From positions 608,001 through 672,000 of the forward strand of contig CAXXYH010000004.1 in NCBI GenBank assembly GCA_963677925.2: a stretch of DNA of 64,000 nt. The letters run 5' to 3'. Below the pieces are notes generated by a model, which was not told the origin of the DNA, did not search any database, and saw nothing but the letters and a program-made list of their open reading frames with translations. Every line of letters begins with the position of its first letter. Within the stretch, counting starts at the first letter, position 1. Positions 1-9,930 of this stretch are shown here, piece by piece. Made by a program: the position numbers and the translations under genes. This stretch comes from Spirochaetia bacterium. Its GTDB lineage: Bacteria; Spirochaetota; Spirochaetia; UBA9216.

Positions 1-10
1 TTTCATCCAT
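1..10 (-). CDS. Possible 5' end of a gene running off the window (MDE...), perhaps an ErcS-like sensor kinase
   Basis: ATG at 10 on the minus strand with AGGA upstream, just after the ErcA-like stop. The identity is only a guess from typical ercA context. Confidence 0.3.
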
Positions 11-33
11 CAGTATCAATCCTGGTGTTTGTT

Positions 34-1194
34 CTAAAGAGATTCTTCATAAATAACTTCAAGGTCCCTCTGGTTTGCCGGTTTTGGATTAGTTATCATA
101 CACGCATCTTTAATTGCATGCTTTGATAAAAAAGGAATATCTGTTGTTTTTATGCCTTTTTCACTGAGGTGCTGGGTTATTCCGGATATTCTTTTCAGTT
201 CCCCAATCGTCTTGAATAATTCCTTCTTAACCATTTTATTTGTAAGCCCGTCTGTATGTATATCCATGGCCTTCGCAATTTCCCGGAACTTCTCCGGAGA
301 TGCATCAAAGTTGTAGGCAACAACATGATCCAGCAGTATCCCGTTTAGTTCACCGTGAAAAAGATCGTAATAGCCTCCGAGGCTATGGGACATCGCGTGT
401 ACTGCGCCAAGAATAGCATTTGAAAATGCCAGTCCGGCATTCATACTTGCAAGCATCATTTCTTCTCTGAGTTTTGTGTTATTTAAATCCTTGAGAAGTT
501 CGGGAAGGACTTTATAAACCTGCCTTATTGCCTGCAATGCGTACATGTCTGTTAAGGGTCCGCTTCCTTTGGAAACAAAAGCCTCCATAGCATGTACAAG
601 AGCATCTATCCCTGTACAGGCTGTAAGATAAAAATCCATGGAAGTTGTTGTTTCGTAGTCAACAAGTGAAACATCCGGAACAATACTTTTGCTGACTATG
701 CTGATCTTGTTCTGCTCTTTCTGATCGGTAATGATACAGAACTGTGAGACATCAGATGATGTTCCGGCAGTTGTAGGTACACAGATCAGAGGCGGCGCAG
801 GTATAGGAATCTTATCAATTCCTTCAAAATCCAGAATATTCTTCCGGTTTGAATAAACAATACCTATTCCTTTTCCGGTATCCATTGTGCTGCCGCCGCC
901 GATAGCAATAATGGCATCACATTTTTCCCGTTTGAATAATTCAGCTCCTGCCATTATGTCATCTTCTCTGGGATTTGAAACTACCTGTGAATAGATTGTC
1001 CAGGGGATTCCGGCAGTATCAAGTGAGTTCTGAATATCTTTGTGCCATCCGGCTTTCATAACACCGGGATCCGAAACAATTAAAACTTTTTTAGCTGAAA
1101 ACTGTTTGGCATGTCTTCCTGCAAGCTTTCTGGAACCCTGCCCGAAAATAATTTCAGGGGCTACAAATTTCCTCATGTTAAGTAAATCAGGCAT
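34..1194 (-). CDS. Iron-containing alcohol dehydrogenase family protein, ErcA-like (regulatory ADH homologue)
   Basis: Start moved to MPDLL at 1194 (SD GAGGTG). Motifs GGGS, PTTAGT, GIDALVHA and VHAMSHSLGG; N-terminus RKFVAPEIIFG and C-terminus DIPFLSKHA..D.C..TNP...QRDLEVIY resemble Pseudomonas ErcA. Confidence 0.85.
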   Translation of the reverse strand: MPDLLNMRKFVAPEIIFGQGSRKLAGRHAKQFSAKKVLIVSDPGVMKAGWHKDIQNSLDTAGIPWTIYSQVVSNPREDDIMAGAELFKREKCDAIIAIGGGSTMDTGKGIGIVYSNRKNILDFEGIDKIPIPAPPLICVPTTAGTSSDVSQFCIITDQKEQNKISIVSKSIVPDVSLVDYETTTSMDFYLTACTGIDALVHAMEAFVSKGSGPLTDMYALQAIRQVYKVLPELLKDLNNTKLREEMMLASMNAGLAFSNAILGAVHAMSHSLGGYYDLFHGELNGILLDHVVAYNFDASPEKFREIAKAMDIHTDGLTNKMVKKELFKTIGELKRISGITQHLSEKGIKTTDIPFLSKHAIKDACMITNPKPANQRDLEVIYEESL

Positions 1195-1258
1195 ATTCAC
1201 CTCTATTACTTTAATTATAGGAAATGCACAAAGATATTGCCAATTTGAAAGCTGAAAT

Positions 1259-2074
1259 TTACCTGTACTTGAGTGAGTGATCAAACAGCCATGGGAATAA
1301 GTCCGTATCGGTATAGCAGGGGCCTGATGTATGTCCCATACCGGTGTATTCGCTGTATTTAAACATCGGATATATTCCACGGGTCAGAGTTACAGTAATG
1401 CGTTCGTAATCAGAGAGTGTATCCGCCTTTTCTGATTCAAGTGCCCATTTATTGCAGTCATAATTCCGCATATACTCCAGTGCTTCCCGGGCTACGGCCA
1501 CCCTATCCTCAGTATCTTCGAGACCTATATGGTACCAGACGGCAGTCTGTTCTGCGATTTCTTCAGTGAGATCCGACTGGCTCCCTCCTGCACATCGTAT
1601 AATCGCAGCGAAATACAATCCTTCTGCATACATTCCCTTTGCAAGCGGATAGCTGCTGGAGCCGCCCCAGGAGAATCCGGTCAGATATATTCTGTCGGTA
1701 TCTATCCGGAACCCTGCATCAATCGCGCTTCTGATCCACAGTGCAAGTGCCTCACCGTCTGACTCCGAAGTCTTCTGGTAGTCCATTACAAAGGCGGGAT
1801 ATTCCTGCGGAAAAAAGGGATGAGTCTCACTTTCCGCTTCGTATTGTGATTCTCCTTCTCCCCACATTCCGGAAACAAGCAGTGGATAATTGCGAAGTGA
1901 GTTTATAAATTTATCATAACCCCAGGGACTTTTAAAGCTCAGCTCATCATGAATAAGTTCAACCGGGGCATCCTCTTCATCAAAGGTTTCATCAGGATAA
2001 TAAGGCTGACATGAGAACAGGGATGATGCAGAAAAACAGATAATTAAAAATGTTACATACGTTTTAAATTTCAT
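1259..2074 (-). CDS. Lipoprotein alpha/beta hydrolase (esterase/peptidase-like)
   Basis: Lipobox LFSC; DRIYLTGFSWGG nucleophile elbow; GLED and GMGH supply candidate Asp/His of the triad. Confidence 0.75.
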   Translation of the reverse strand: MKFKTYVTFLIICFSASSLFSCQPYYPDETFDEEDAPVELIHDELSFKSPWGYDKFINSLRNYPLLVSGMWGEGESQYEAESETHPFFPQEYPAFVMDYQKTSESDGEALALWIRSAIDAGFRIDTDRIYLTGFSWGGSSSYPLAKGMYAEGLYFAAIIRCAGGSQSDLTEEIAEQTAVWYHIGLEDTEDRVAVAREALEYMRNYDCNKWALESEKADTLSDYERITVTLTRGIYPMFKYSEYTGMGHTSGPCYTDTDLFPWLFDHSLKYR

Positions 2075-2771
2075 TTTTTTTCGACTGTTCTTTTTCCATC
2101 ATCAGATAACCTGCAGCAAAAAGTGTCTGTGCAATGATAAAGCAGGGATGAACAATATTCTCACCGAAGCTTACCGAACTCATATAATGATTTGCTGTGT
2201 AAAGTCCGTTTTCAGCAATATAGAAAAGGGATCCAAGAAACATCACAAGACTTCCCCTTCTTCCCGGATTACTCATGAGCTGTCCAAGGGCGGTAATACT
2301 TATTACAGCTATCAGGGTCATGTAGATTGCGATGGGTACAAGCATTGAGCCTAAATCATCTTTCATTAAAATTATAAAGAAAGTGCAGATCCAAATCAGC
2401 GGAAGCTGAAAAATCAGAAACCATCGTGAGAGCTTATCGATATTGATTCCCATAATAAAAATATATCCGAGAAATCCGACTATTGTAAAAGCTGATCCCG
2501 CAATAAAAAGAACCTTCGATTCCTCTCCCCATATCAGGCAGACATTTCCCAGCCATAGGCCTGCTTCTGCCCATACGATCGGCAGTCCCTTTTTTCTGTT
2601 CTGTACAGTCAGTAAAAAGAATAAAGCCAGTGAAGGCATAAGCAGTACCTTGCTGTAGTCAAAGTAATTACCGGCCATGTTGGTCAGGATAATGTGAATA
2701 ATTGAGATTGCTGCAAAAAGTGAAAAAGCTAATATTGAACCTGTTTTTTTATCTTTGATTAATTTTTCCAT
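2064..2771 (-). CDS. YhhN/TMEM86 (lysoplasmalogenase)-like membrane protein
   Basis: About 8 TM segments; SKVLLMPSL, LGSMLVPIAIYM and GSLFYI motifs typical of YhhN. The conserved GD and SD positions read GN and EN. Confidence 0.7.
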   Translation of the reverse strand: MEKLIKDKKTGSILAFSLFAAISIIHIILTNMAGNYFDYSKVLLMPSLALFFLLTVQNRKKGLPIVWAEAGLWLGNVCLIWGEESKVLFIAGSAFTIVGFLGYIFIMGINIDKLSRWFLIFQLPLIWICTFFIILMKDDLGSMLVPIAIYMTLIAVISITALGQLMSNPGRRGSLVMFLGSLFYIAENGLYTANHYMSSVSFGENIVHPCFIIAQTLFAAGYLMMEKEQSKKNEI

Positions 2772-2800
2772 TTTAAAAATCCATAGTTTTTGATGTGTTC

Positions 2801-2865
2801 ATCTTATGCCTATTAGAGGACAGGGTCAATATTTTCTTGACTGGTGAAATTTCCTGCCTTATGAT
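2801..2865. promoter_or_regulatory. Back-to-back sigma70-type promoters
   Basis: Minus: TTGACC(2829-2824)-17-TAAGAT(2806-2801). Plus: TTGACT(2837-2842)-17-TATGAT(2860-2865). Confidence 0.65.
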
Positions 2866-2923
2866 GGCTCACCGGTAAAAAGATACAATTACCGGAATAA
2901 TTTATGACGGAGGAAAAAATATC

Positions 2924-4189
2924 ATGAATCTTGACGGTCGAAAATTTGAAATTTTTTACCCTGATAATTATTCACCTGATGAAAAAAAATCAATGGATGA
3001 ATTAAAAGCCAGGGTCGAGAGTGAAGGCGGTGCAGGCCTGATGGTTGACCGGACTGTTACTCTGGAAAAGCGTGATGCTGTCGAATATGCACGCTTATGG
3101 GATCGCTGGAACCCCCTGTTTAATTCAGAAAAATATGCAGAGAAAACAAAATGGCGACGGATGCCGACACTGCCATGTTTTTCATTCGGTGAAAATATTT
3201 CCGGATTTCCAATGATGGATGAAGCCGGGAGAAAACTGGGAGACCTCTTCTATTACGCGAATGACGGAGGGGATATTGAGCTCTTTGAGCACGTATATCC
3301 GGGAGATGTGCTGACTTTCAAAAGTACCACCCAGCATATTAAGGACAGTACGCCTGAATCCGGATCAGCTCTAAGATCCTTCAACCTCTACGGTGAGACT
3401 GAAATGCTTCGGAATGGTAGGGTCGTGGGGAGAGGAAAGGGATATGGACGTAATGCAATGATGCGTTTTGCGGATGGTGGTCCGGTTCCGTCAGTCTATG
3501 AGCAGACTTACGAATGGCTTGATTATATACCACCTGTTCATACTACAACCGAGAATGAGTGGTCAATGATCCGTGAGTTGTGGAAAAATGAAGAAATCAG
3601 AGGAAGTAAAAAAAGATACTGGGATGAGGTTAAAATAGGTGATCGTCTGACTCCTGTATGTTCCGGTCCTGTTTCTGATATCGATATGTTCCGTCTGCAT
3701 GGAGATATGATTTGCGGAATGCCTGATACGCGGGGATTTATCGAGGAAGGGCAGGAAGGATTTCTAATCACTGATAAATACGGACAGAAGATCAATTTTA
3801 TGGCCAGGCATTATTCATACTGCCGGAATGAAGGGGCTCGTGCAGTATTTTATAATTTTACAGCGAGAAATTTTATCATTCGTATGCTTACCAACTGGAT
3901 GGGTGATGACGGTTTTCTGCGCGGATTTAAATGGCGTTTTCAGAACCTGTTCAGGTGTATGGCCGGAAATGAGCCCGGAAAAGAGTTCCTGGCAAAGGTT
4001 CCATCGATGTCAGGCCGGTTTGTTAACAGGCATGGTATGGAGGGGGATACTGCAATCTGCATGGCTGAAGTAACCGATCTGTATATTCGGGACGGTCTTT
4101 ATTTGGCTAATGTCGTCTGCTGGGCTGAAACATTTGACGGTGATGTTATTCAGGTTGTTGAAGCAACAGTTGAACTACCAAAAAAATAA
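2924..4189 (+). CDS. Double hot-dog (MaoC/FAS1-like) acyl dehydratase/hydratase
   Basis: YARLWDRWNPLF, VYPGDVL, RYWDEVKIGDRL, MLTNWMGDDGFL and EGDT hot-dog motifs; SD GGAGG. Confidence 0.65.
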   Translation: MNLDGRKFEIFYPDNYSPDEKKSMDELKARVESEGGAGLMVDRTVTLEKRDAVEYARLWDRWNPLFNSEKYAEKTKWRRMPTLPCFSFGENISGFPMMDEAGRKLGDLFYYANDGGDIELFEHVYPGDVLTFKSTTQHIKDSTPESGSALRSFNLYGETEMLRNGRVVGRGKGYGRNAMMRFADGGPVPSVYEQTYEWLDYIPPVHTTTENEWSMIRELWKNEEIRGSKKRYWDEVKIGDRLTPVCSGPVSDIDMFRLHGDMICGMPDTRGFIEEGQEGFLITDKYGQKINFMARHYSYCRNEGARAVFYNFTARNFIIRMLTNWMGDDGFLRGFKWRFQNLFRCMAGNEPGKEFLAKVPSMSGRFVNRHGMEGDTAICMAEVTDLYIRDGLYLANVVCWAETFDGDVIQVVEATVELPKK

Positions 4190-4194
4190 TTTAA

Positions 4195-4234
4195 AAAATT
4201 AAAACTACAGGCAGTCCCCGAACGGGAGTCTGCC
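4195..4234 (-). terminator. Probable intrinsic terminator of the LysR gene
   Basis: Minus strand GGCAG-AC-TCCC-GTTCG-GGGA-CTGCC followed by T-rich sequence. Confidence 0.45.
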
Positions 4235-4326
4235 GTCACCCCACTATGAATAATATTCATAGAACTACGTAATTTTTCGAGCTGTACTAATAAAAATTCC
4301 GGGTTTAGAATTATCACACTAATCAA

Positions 4327-5256
4327 TCAGTTCAGAGGTACCGCTTGGGGCATTTTAAGCATTTCGTAATATTGTACTACACTCTTGTAAAATGTAAGCG
4401 TTGCCTTGGAAATAAAATGACCGGACTTTTTGGTAATGCCGATGGTTTTGTGAATAAGTTCATCGGCACCTGTAAGCGGGATGCATTTTACAGACATATC
4501 CGGTGTAGGGAAGATGGAGCGAACACCTCTGGTGATTGTATAAGGCGTTATCATGACTGCATGCCCGGAGGCAATGAATGCCATCGGCATATCAGAGTCA
4601 TAACCGGAGTACATGATTTTTGGAGTAAATCCCGCTTTTCTGCAGAGGCTGTGAGTGGCGTTATCAATACCGAAGGCAACATTACTGATGATAAAGCGCT
4701 CTTCGGAGAGACTCGAAAGCGAGAGAGTTTTTCTATCGGCAAGAGGGTGGCTTTTTCCAACCATGATTTCAAGGCTGTCGATAAAAAGCGGTTCCCATAC
4801 GAGGTCGTTGCCGACTATGGGATCTGTCGTGACGGAAAAGTCAATGCTTCCTGTTTCAAGTCTGCGGGCAATTTCTTCTTTTGGAAGAAGGCTGCAGTGA
4901 AAGGAAATGTCTGGATGGTCAAAAAGAAATTCCTGGATAAGGTGCTTAATAAAAACATCCTGACAAATGGCAACCTTAATTTCTCCCTCTTCAAGTCCTG
5001 CACTTTCTTTCGTGGCCCGAATGCTGTCTTCTATGGTCATAAGAGAATGTTCAACGTGCGAAAGAAATACAGCTCCGTGACGGTTAAGCCATATCCTGTT
5101 GCCGGAACGTTCGAAGAGTTCAAGCTCGAGTTCATCTTCAAGCTTTGCAATGGATTTACTGAGGGCAGACTGGGAGACGTTCAGAATCTTGGCTGCATGA
5201 GTAATGTTTTCGGTTTGAGCAATGGTTTTAAAATATTGAAGCTGTGTAATTTCCAT
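4327..5256 (-). CDS. LysR-family transcriptional regulator
   Basis: N-terminal HTH (NITHAAKILNVSQSALSKSIAKLEDEL...LFER) plus substrate-binding domain; divergent from the ABC operon. Confidence 0.95.
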   Translation of the reverse strand: MEITQLQYFKTIAQTENITHAAKILNVSQSALSKSIAKLEDELELELFERSGNRIWLNRHGAVFLSHVEHSLMTIEDSIRATKESAGLEEGEIKVAICQDVFIKHLIQEFLFDHPDISFHCSLLPKEEIARRLETGSIDFSVTTDPIVGNDLVWEPLFIDSLEIMVGKSHPLADRKTLSLSSLSEERFIISNVAFGIDNATHSLCRKAGFTPKIMYSGYDSDMPMAFIASGHAVMITPYTITRGVRSIFPTPDMSVKCIPLTGADELIHKTIGITKKSGHFISKATLTFYKSVVQYYEMLKMPQAVPLN

Positions 5257-5361
5257 AAAGATTCCTTTCCGGATTCACATAATAACATGTATTTTGCCGG
5301 AATTTGAAAAAATAGTTCATCAATAGGGGGAATCCCTAAAGCAATAGATTTTAAGGAGATA

Positions 5362-6912
5362 ATGATGAAAATTAAAAAATGGATGCTGGTCCCGGCACTT
5401 ATTGTCCTGGTTCTTTTGTCATCCTGCGGAGGCAGCAAAAGTGACGATTCCGCCCAGAATTCAAAAAATACGGAAGTGAAGAGTACTGAGCTTACTGTCG
5501 GAACTCTTGATTCCGCTGATGGTTTTGACCCTACCAGTAATTCAAACTGCGGTCTGGGGCTTTCTCTGGTTTATGATCCGATGCTGCTTCTTGATTATGA
5601 GACTGGTGAACTCCAGCCTAATCTGGTTGAGTCCTGGGACTATATTGACGACCTTACCCTGAAGCTTAAAATTAGGGAAAATGTTTCATTCTCAAACGGT
5701 GAAATTATGACACCTGAAGATGTTTTATATTCCATGCACCGTTTTATTATGGTGAAGACAAGGTTTGATCCGGGCTATGATGTAATAGATTTTGAAAATT
5801 CTGTTATTGACGGTTACAGTCTGACATTAAAACTTTTTGAACCCTCACCCGATCTCCTTTACGGAATGTGTAATGATCGCTGGGCTGCTGTCGTATGTAA
5901 ATCTTATGTAGAATCTACAGATGCCGATGCATTCTGGGACAAACCTGTCGGAACAGGCGCATATATCTGTACCGAAAATACGGCAGGCTCGATGGCTGTT
6001 TATGAAAGAAGAGAAGATTACTGGGGCGAGACTCCGGATGCCACAAAAATCACTATAAGATTTTATTCTGAATCGACAACAATGCTTGTAGATTTTATAA
6101 ACGGAGTTCTTGATATAGCTCTGGATGTAGGAAAGACAGATTATCTGGCAGCAAAAGACGGTCAGTACGATGATATCAATTACAAGGTTTTTCCGACTTA
6201 CGATATTCTTTCACTCACAATGCCTGAATACATGCCTATCTTTGAGGATATCAGAATCAGGAAGGCTGTTGCCATGGCTCTTGATGTAAGCTCTATCTGC
6301 AATGCCGTATATGGTGAACTTGGAACAGTTGCAGACTCCTGTATGATTAAGGGTGCCAGATTCTATGAGTCTGTAGGTATAAATGAGTACAACCCTGAGA
6401 GATCAAAAGAGCTTATTGCTGAAGCGGGATACAAACCCGGTGAAATTGAGCTGCTTATGCTATTTCCGTCTATGCCGGTTAATGATAAGGCTGCAACCAT
6501 TGTTCAGGCTCAGCTTGCAGAAGTCGGAATAACACTAAAAGTTGAAAGCGGTGACTTCGCCACTGTCATTCCGAGACTGATGAATAATGAATGTGAAATC
6601 GGCCTTTCGGGAACAGGCGGAGGGACATTTCTTGCAAGAGATATTCTTGCTGTTATAAGTGAAACTACAACAAATGCAGCCTGCAGAATTACGGATCCCG
6701 AACTTAACAAATGGATTAAACTCGGTGACACCTCAATGGATGAGCAGGTAAGAGCAGATGCTTATCTGAAAGCTCAGCAGCGCTGTCCGGAACTTTACCG
6801 CTATATCCCGATTGGATATTCCAATGCAGTTAATTTTTATCAGCCCGGAATTGACAACCTTGTCGGTATCATTGCCAGACATGTAAATCTCCGGTTAGTA
6901 AAAATTAAATAA
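5362..6912 (+). CDS. ABC transporter substrate-binding lipoprotein, family 5 (DppA/OppA-like)
   Basis: Lipobox LSSC; P.LVESW, F.NGE.MT.EDV.YS, PVGTGAY and DYWGE motifs. Confidence 0.92.
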   Translation: MMKIKKWMLVPALIVLVLLSSCGGSKSDDSAQNSKNTEVKSTELTVGTLDSADGFDPTSNSNCGLGLSLVYDPMLLLDYETGELQPNLVESWDYIDDLTLKLKIRENVSFSNGEIMTPEDVLYSMHRFIMVKTRFDPGYDVIDFENSVIDGYSLTLKLFEPSPDLLYGMCNDRWAAVVCKSYVESTDADAFWDKPVGTGAYICTENTAGSMAVYERREDYWGETPDATKITIRFYSESTTMLVDFINGVLDIALDVGKTDYLAAKDGQYDDINYKVFPTYDILSLTMPEYMPIFEDIRIRKAVAMALDVSSICNAVYGELGTVADSCMIKGARFYESVGINEYNPERSKELIAEAGYKPGEIELLMLFPSMPVNDKAATIVQAQLAEVGITLKVESGDFATVIPRLMNNECEIGLSGTGGGTFLARDILAVISETTTNAACRITDPELNKWIKLGDTSMDEQVRADAYLKAQQRCPELYRYIPIGYSNAVNFYQPGIDNLVGIIARHVNLRLVKIK

Positions 6913-6932
6913 CTTAAATTATGTACTTGAGT

Positions 6933-6996
6933 CGGAGGAGCCTGTTATAGAGCTGACAGCTTTATAATCCTGCTCCTCCGCACATTGCGCGGAGGA
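6933..6996 (+). promoter_or_regulatory. Intercistronic hairpin with an alternative SD-sequestering fold
   Basis: CGGAGGAGC(6933-41)/GCTCCTCCG(6972-80) closes a long stem. TCCTCCGC(6974-81) can instead pair with GCGGAGGA(6989-96), the permease SD. Confidence 0.6.
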
Positions 6997-7000
6997 CTAT

Positions 7001-7984
7001 ATGCTTCAGTTTTTAATCAAGCGCATCTTATGGTGTTTTCCCATTCTGCTTGGTGCCATCTTTATCGTTTTTGCTATAAGTTTTATTGATCCCGGTGATC
7101 CTGTCGCCGCAATTCTTGGCGGAAGCTACACACAGGAGCAATATGATGCAAAGGAAGCCGAACTGGGGCTGGATAAACCCTTTCTTTCCCAGTTTGTCTC
7201 TTATGTATATGGAATGGTTACCGAAGGTGATCTTGGTATTTCATACACAACAAAGCGTCAGGTTGCTACCGAAATAAAAGACAGGTTCGGAATAACTTTT
7301 AAACTTGCAATCATCAGTATTCTGATAGCAGGCGGTCTTGGTATTCCCTTCGGTGTGCTTTCGGCGACCAAGCAGTATTCCATTGCAGATTATTCTGTAA
7401 CTACGGCATCGCTTCTGTTTGCATCAATGCCGGGTTTCTGGCTGGCGCTGATGCTTATTCTGGCGTTTTCACTGAATCTAAAAATTTTTCCGGCCTCAGG
7501 GCTTACCTCCTGGAAGAGCTGGGTACTTCCTGCATGTGCCTCCGGACTTTCATTTATTGCGACCATAACAAGGATGACGAGATCCTCGATGCTTGATGTC
7601 GTAAGACAGGATTACATCCGCACGGCAAGGGCCAAGGGATTATCGGAAGGTTCTGTTATCAGGAAACATGCTCTGAAGAATGCCCTTATTCCAATCATTA
7701 CAACTATTGGTTTTCAGTTCGGTCTGCTGATCTCCGGCTCGGTTATTGTTGAAACTATTTTCAGTATGCCGGGTCTTGGTACCCTGATGATGTCGGCAAT
7801 AAACAACCGTGACTATCCGGTTATTGAAGGCTGTGTTGTTGTTCTGGCTGTTCTTATCAGTCTGATAAACCTGCTTGTAGACATAGCCTATGGAATTGCG
7901 GATCCGAGAATTCTTGAACATTACCGATCGTCAGGCAGAAGAAAAAAATTACAGAACGGCTGTGTTGAAGGTGAGGCAAATTAA
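7001..7984 (+). CDS. ABC transporter permease (DppB/OppB-like)
   Basis: PGDPV, LGLDKP, GDLG.S and RSSMLDV..QDYIRTARAKGL (EAA region). Confidence 0.95.
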   Translation: MLQFLIKRILWCFPILLGAIFIVFAISFIDPGDPVAAILGGSYTQEQYDAKEAELGLDKPFLSQFVSYVYGMVTEGDLGISYTTKRQVATEIKDRFGITFKLAIISILIAGGLGIPFGVLSATKQYSIADYSVTTASLLFASMPGFWLALMLILAFSLNLKIFPASGLTSWKSWVLPACASGLSFIATITRMTRSSMLDVVRQDYIRTARAKGLSEGSVIRKHALKNALIPIITTIGFQFGLLISGSVIVETIFSMPGLGTLMMSAINNRDYPVIEGCVVVLAVLISLINLLVDIAYGIADPRILEHYRSSGRRKKLQNGCVEGEAN

Positions 7985-8917
7985 ATGAACTTCAGAAAAA
8001 AAGAATACGGCTTCAATGAAGAAGAGTACCGGGAAAGAGAATTTGACCGGGAGGTTGAGTATGAGGATCTTAAAAAACGAAGCCAGTTTAAAGATATATG
8101 GAAAAGATTAAGACGCAACAAGCTTGCAATGATCGGAATGGTTCTTGTAGTTATTCTGATCTTCGCTGCGGTCTTTGCGGACTTTATTGCTCCATATGAA
8201 TACAGCAGACAGGATCTTGCTCATTCAATGGAGATGCCAAGCGGAAAACATCTGCTTGGGACAGACGATTACGGCAGGGATATCCTGAGCCGGATTATCT
8301 ATGGAGGGAGGATTTCTCTGCTTGTCGCTATTACTGCTATTGCAATGGCTCTGATAGTCGGCGGAGCTCTGGGTGTTACCGCCGGATACTTCAGCGGAAT
8401 CTATGACGGATTTGTGATGCGGATAATGGATGTGATTATGGCCATTCCGGGTTTTCTTCTTGCTGTCTGCGTTTCCGCAGCTCTGGGAGCAGGTGTCCAG
8501 AATACTGCAATTGCTATATCTGTAGGCTGTGTGCCCGGTTATGCCCGTTTGATGCGGGCCCTGGTCCTGTCAATCCGCAGCCAGGAATATATTGAGGCGG
8601 CAAGGGTCTGCGGAGCCGGCAACTTCAGAATTATGCTCACTGAAATAATTCCGAATATTCTATCACCGATTATTGTTGAATCAACACTGAGGGTTGGTGC
8701 ATGCATACTTATGATATCAAGCCTTTCATTTATCGGACTTGGTGTTCAGCCTCCGGATGCAGAATGGGGCTCGATGCTCTCAGCCGGCCGTCAGTATATA
8801 CGTTCATTCTGGCCGATAGTTACATTTCCCGGTCTTGCAATAATGGTGACGCTGTTCGGATTTAACCTGTTCGGTGACGGACTGCGCGATGCTCTTGATC
8901 CGCGGTTGAAACATTAA
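7985..8917 (+). CDS. ABC transporter permease (DppC/OppC-like)
   Basis: HLLGTDDYGRDILSRIIYGGRISL, EYIEAAR..GA and GDGLRDALDP. Confidence 0.95.
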   Translation: MNFRKKEYGFNEEEYREREFDREVEYEDLKKRSQFKDIWKRLRRNKLAMIGMVLVVILIFAAVFADFIAPYEYSRQDLAHSMEMPSGKHLLGTDDYGRDILSRIIYGGRISLLVAITAIAMALIVGGALGVTAGYFSGIYDGFVMRIMDVIMAIPGFLLAVCVSAALGAGVQNTAIAISVGCVPGYARLMRALVLSIRSQEYIEAARVCGAGNFRIMLTEIIPNILSPIIVESTLRVGACILMISSLSFIGLGVQPPDAEWGSMLSAGRQYIRSFWPIVTFPGLAIMVTLFGFNLFGDGLRDALDPRLKH

Positions 8918-8934
8918 GGAGGAGTACTTAAAAG

Positions 8935-9930
8935 ATGAACCTGCTGGAAATTAAGGATCTTACCATCCATTATATTACCGATGACGGTACAGTTAAGGCC
9001 GTAAACGGTATAAATCTTTCCATTGAAGACGGGGATACTCTGGGTCTGGTTGGTGAAACCGGGGCCGGAAAGACCACTACGGCCCTGGGCGTGATGCGGC
9101 TCGTACCTGATCCCCCCGGGAAGATTATTGCCGGCGATATAGTTTTTGACGGAAAAAGTCTTTTAAAGAGATCTGAATCGGAGATGAGAAAAATCAGGGG
9201 AAACAGTATTTCTATGGTTTTTCAGGATCCGATGACTGCTCTTAACCCGGTAATCCGTGTTGATGAGCAGATTGCTGAAGTTATCAGATTTCATACAAAA
9301 TGCACCAGAAGCGAGGCTGTCAGACAGGCCCTGCAGATGCTTGAAAAGGTAGGAATTCCCGCAGAGCGCGGAAAGGATTATCCCCACCAGTTTTCAGGAG
9401 GGATGAAACAGCGTGTTGTAATAGCAATTACGCTTGCCTGTACGCCTAAACTTATTATCGCTGATGAACCGACAACTGCACTTGATGTAACCATTCAGGC
9501 GCAGGTGCTTGATATGATGAAAGAGCTCAAGGAAGAATCCGGTTCATCAATGCTGCTCATTACCCATGATCTTGGTGTAGTGGCTGAAACCTGCAACAGG
9601 GTTGCAATAATGTATGCCGGGGAAATAGTAGAATATGGAAGCCTCCGGGATGTTTTTAAACAGACATCACATCCATATACAAAGGGATTATTTCATTCAA
9701 TCCCTTCACTTGAAGAAGATTATGAACGGCTTCGCCCAATCGTCGGTCTGATGCCTGATCCGTCAAAGCTTCCATCGGGCTGCAGTTTTCATCCTAGATG
9801 CCCCCACTGCATGGATATCTGCAGGGAAAGGAAGCCTCATGAAGTGTTAGTATCAGATGGACACCGGGTTCTCTGCCATCTTTTTGCAGAAGGTGAGGGA
9901 CATAAAGCAAGGAGGACCCCATTAACATGA
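8935..9930 (+). CDS. ABC transporter ATP-binding protein (DppD/OppD-like)
   Basis: Walker [25 protein letters not shown]; C-terminal GCSFHPRC. Confidence 0.95.
   Translation: MNLLEIKDLTIHYITDDGTVKAVNGINLSIEDGDTLGLVGETGAGKTTTALGVMRLVPDPPGKIIAGDIVFDGKSLLKRSESEMRKIRGNSISMVFQDPMTALNPVIRVDEQIAEVIRFHTKCTRSEAVRQALQMLEKVGIPAERGKDYPHQFSGGMKQRVVIAITLACTPKLIIADEPTTALDVTIQAQVLDMMKELKEESGSSMLLITHDLGVVAETCNRVAIMYAGEIVEYGSLRDVFKQTSHPYTKGLFHSIPSLEEDYERLRPIVGLMPDPSKLPSGCSFHPRCPHCMDICRERKPHEVLVSDGHRVLCHLFAEGEGHKARRTPLT

Noticed and set aside
1195-1380. N-terminal 62 aa of the 448-aa ADH ORF
   Set aside because: Overlaps the upstream hydrolase; the real start with SD is at 1194.
4345-5307. 320-aa plus-strand ORF
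   Set aside because: Antisense shadow of the clear LysR gene; no recognisable motifs.
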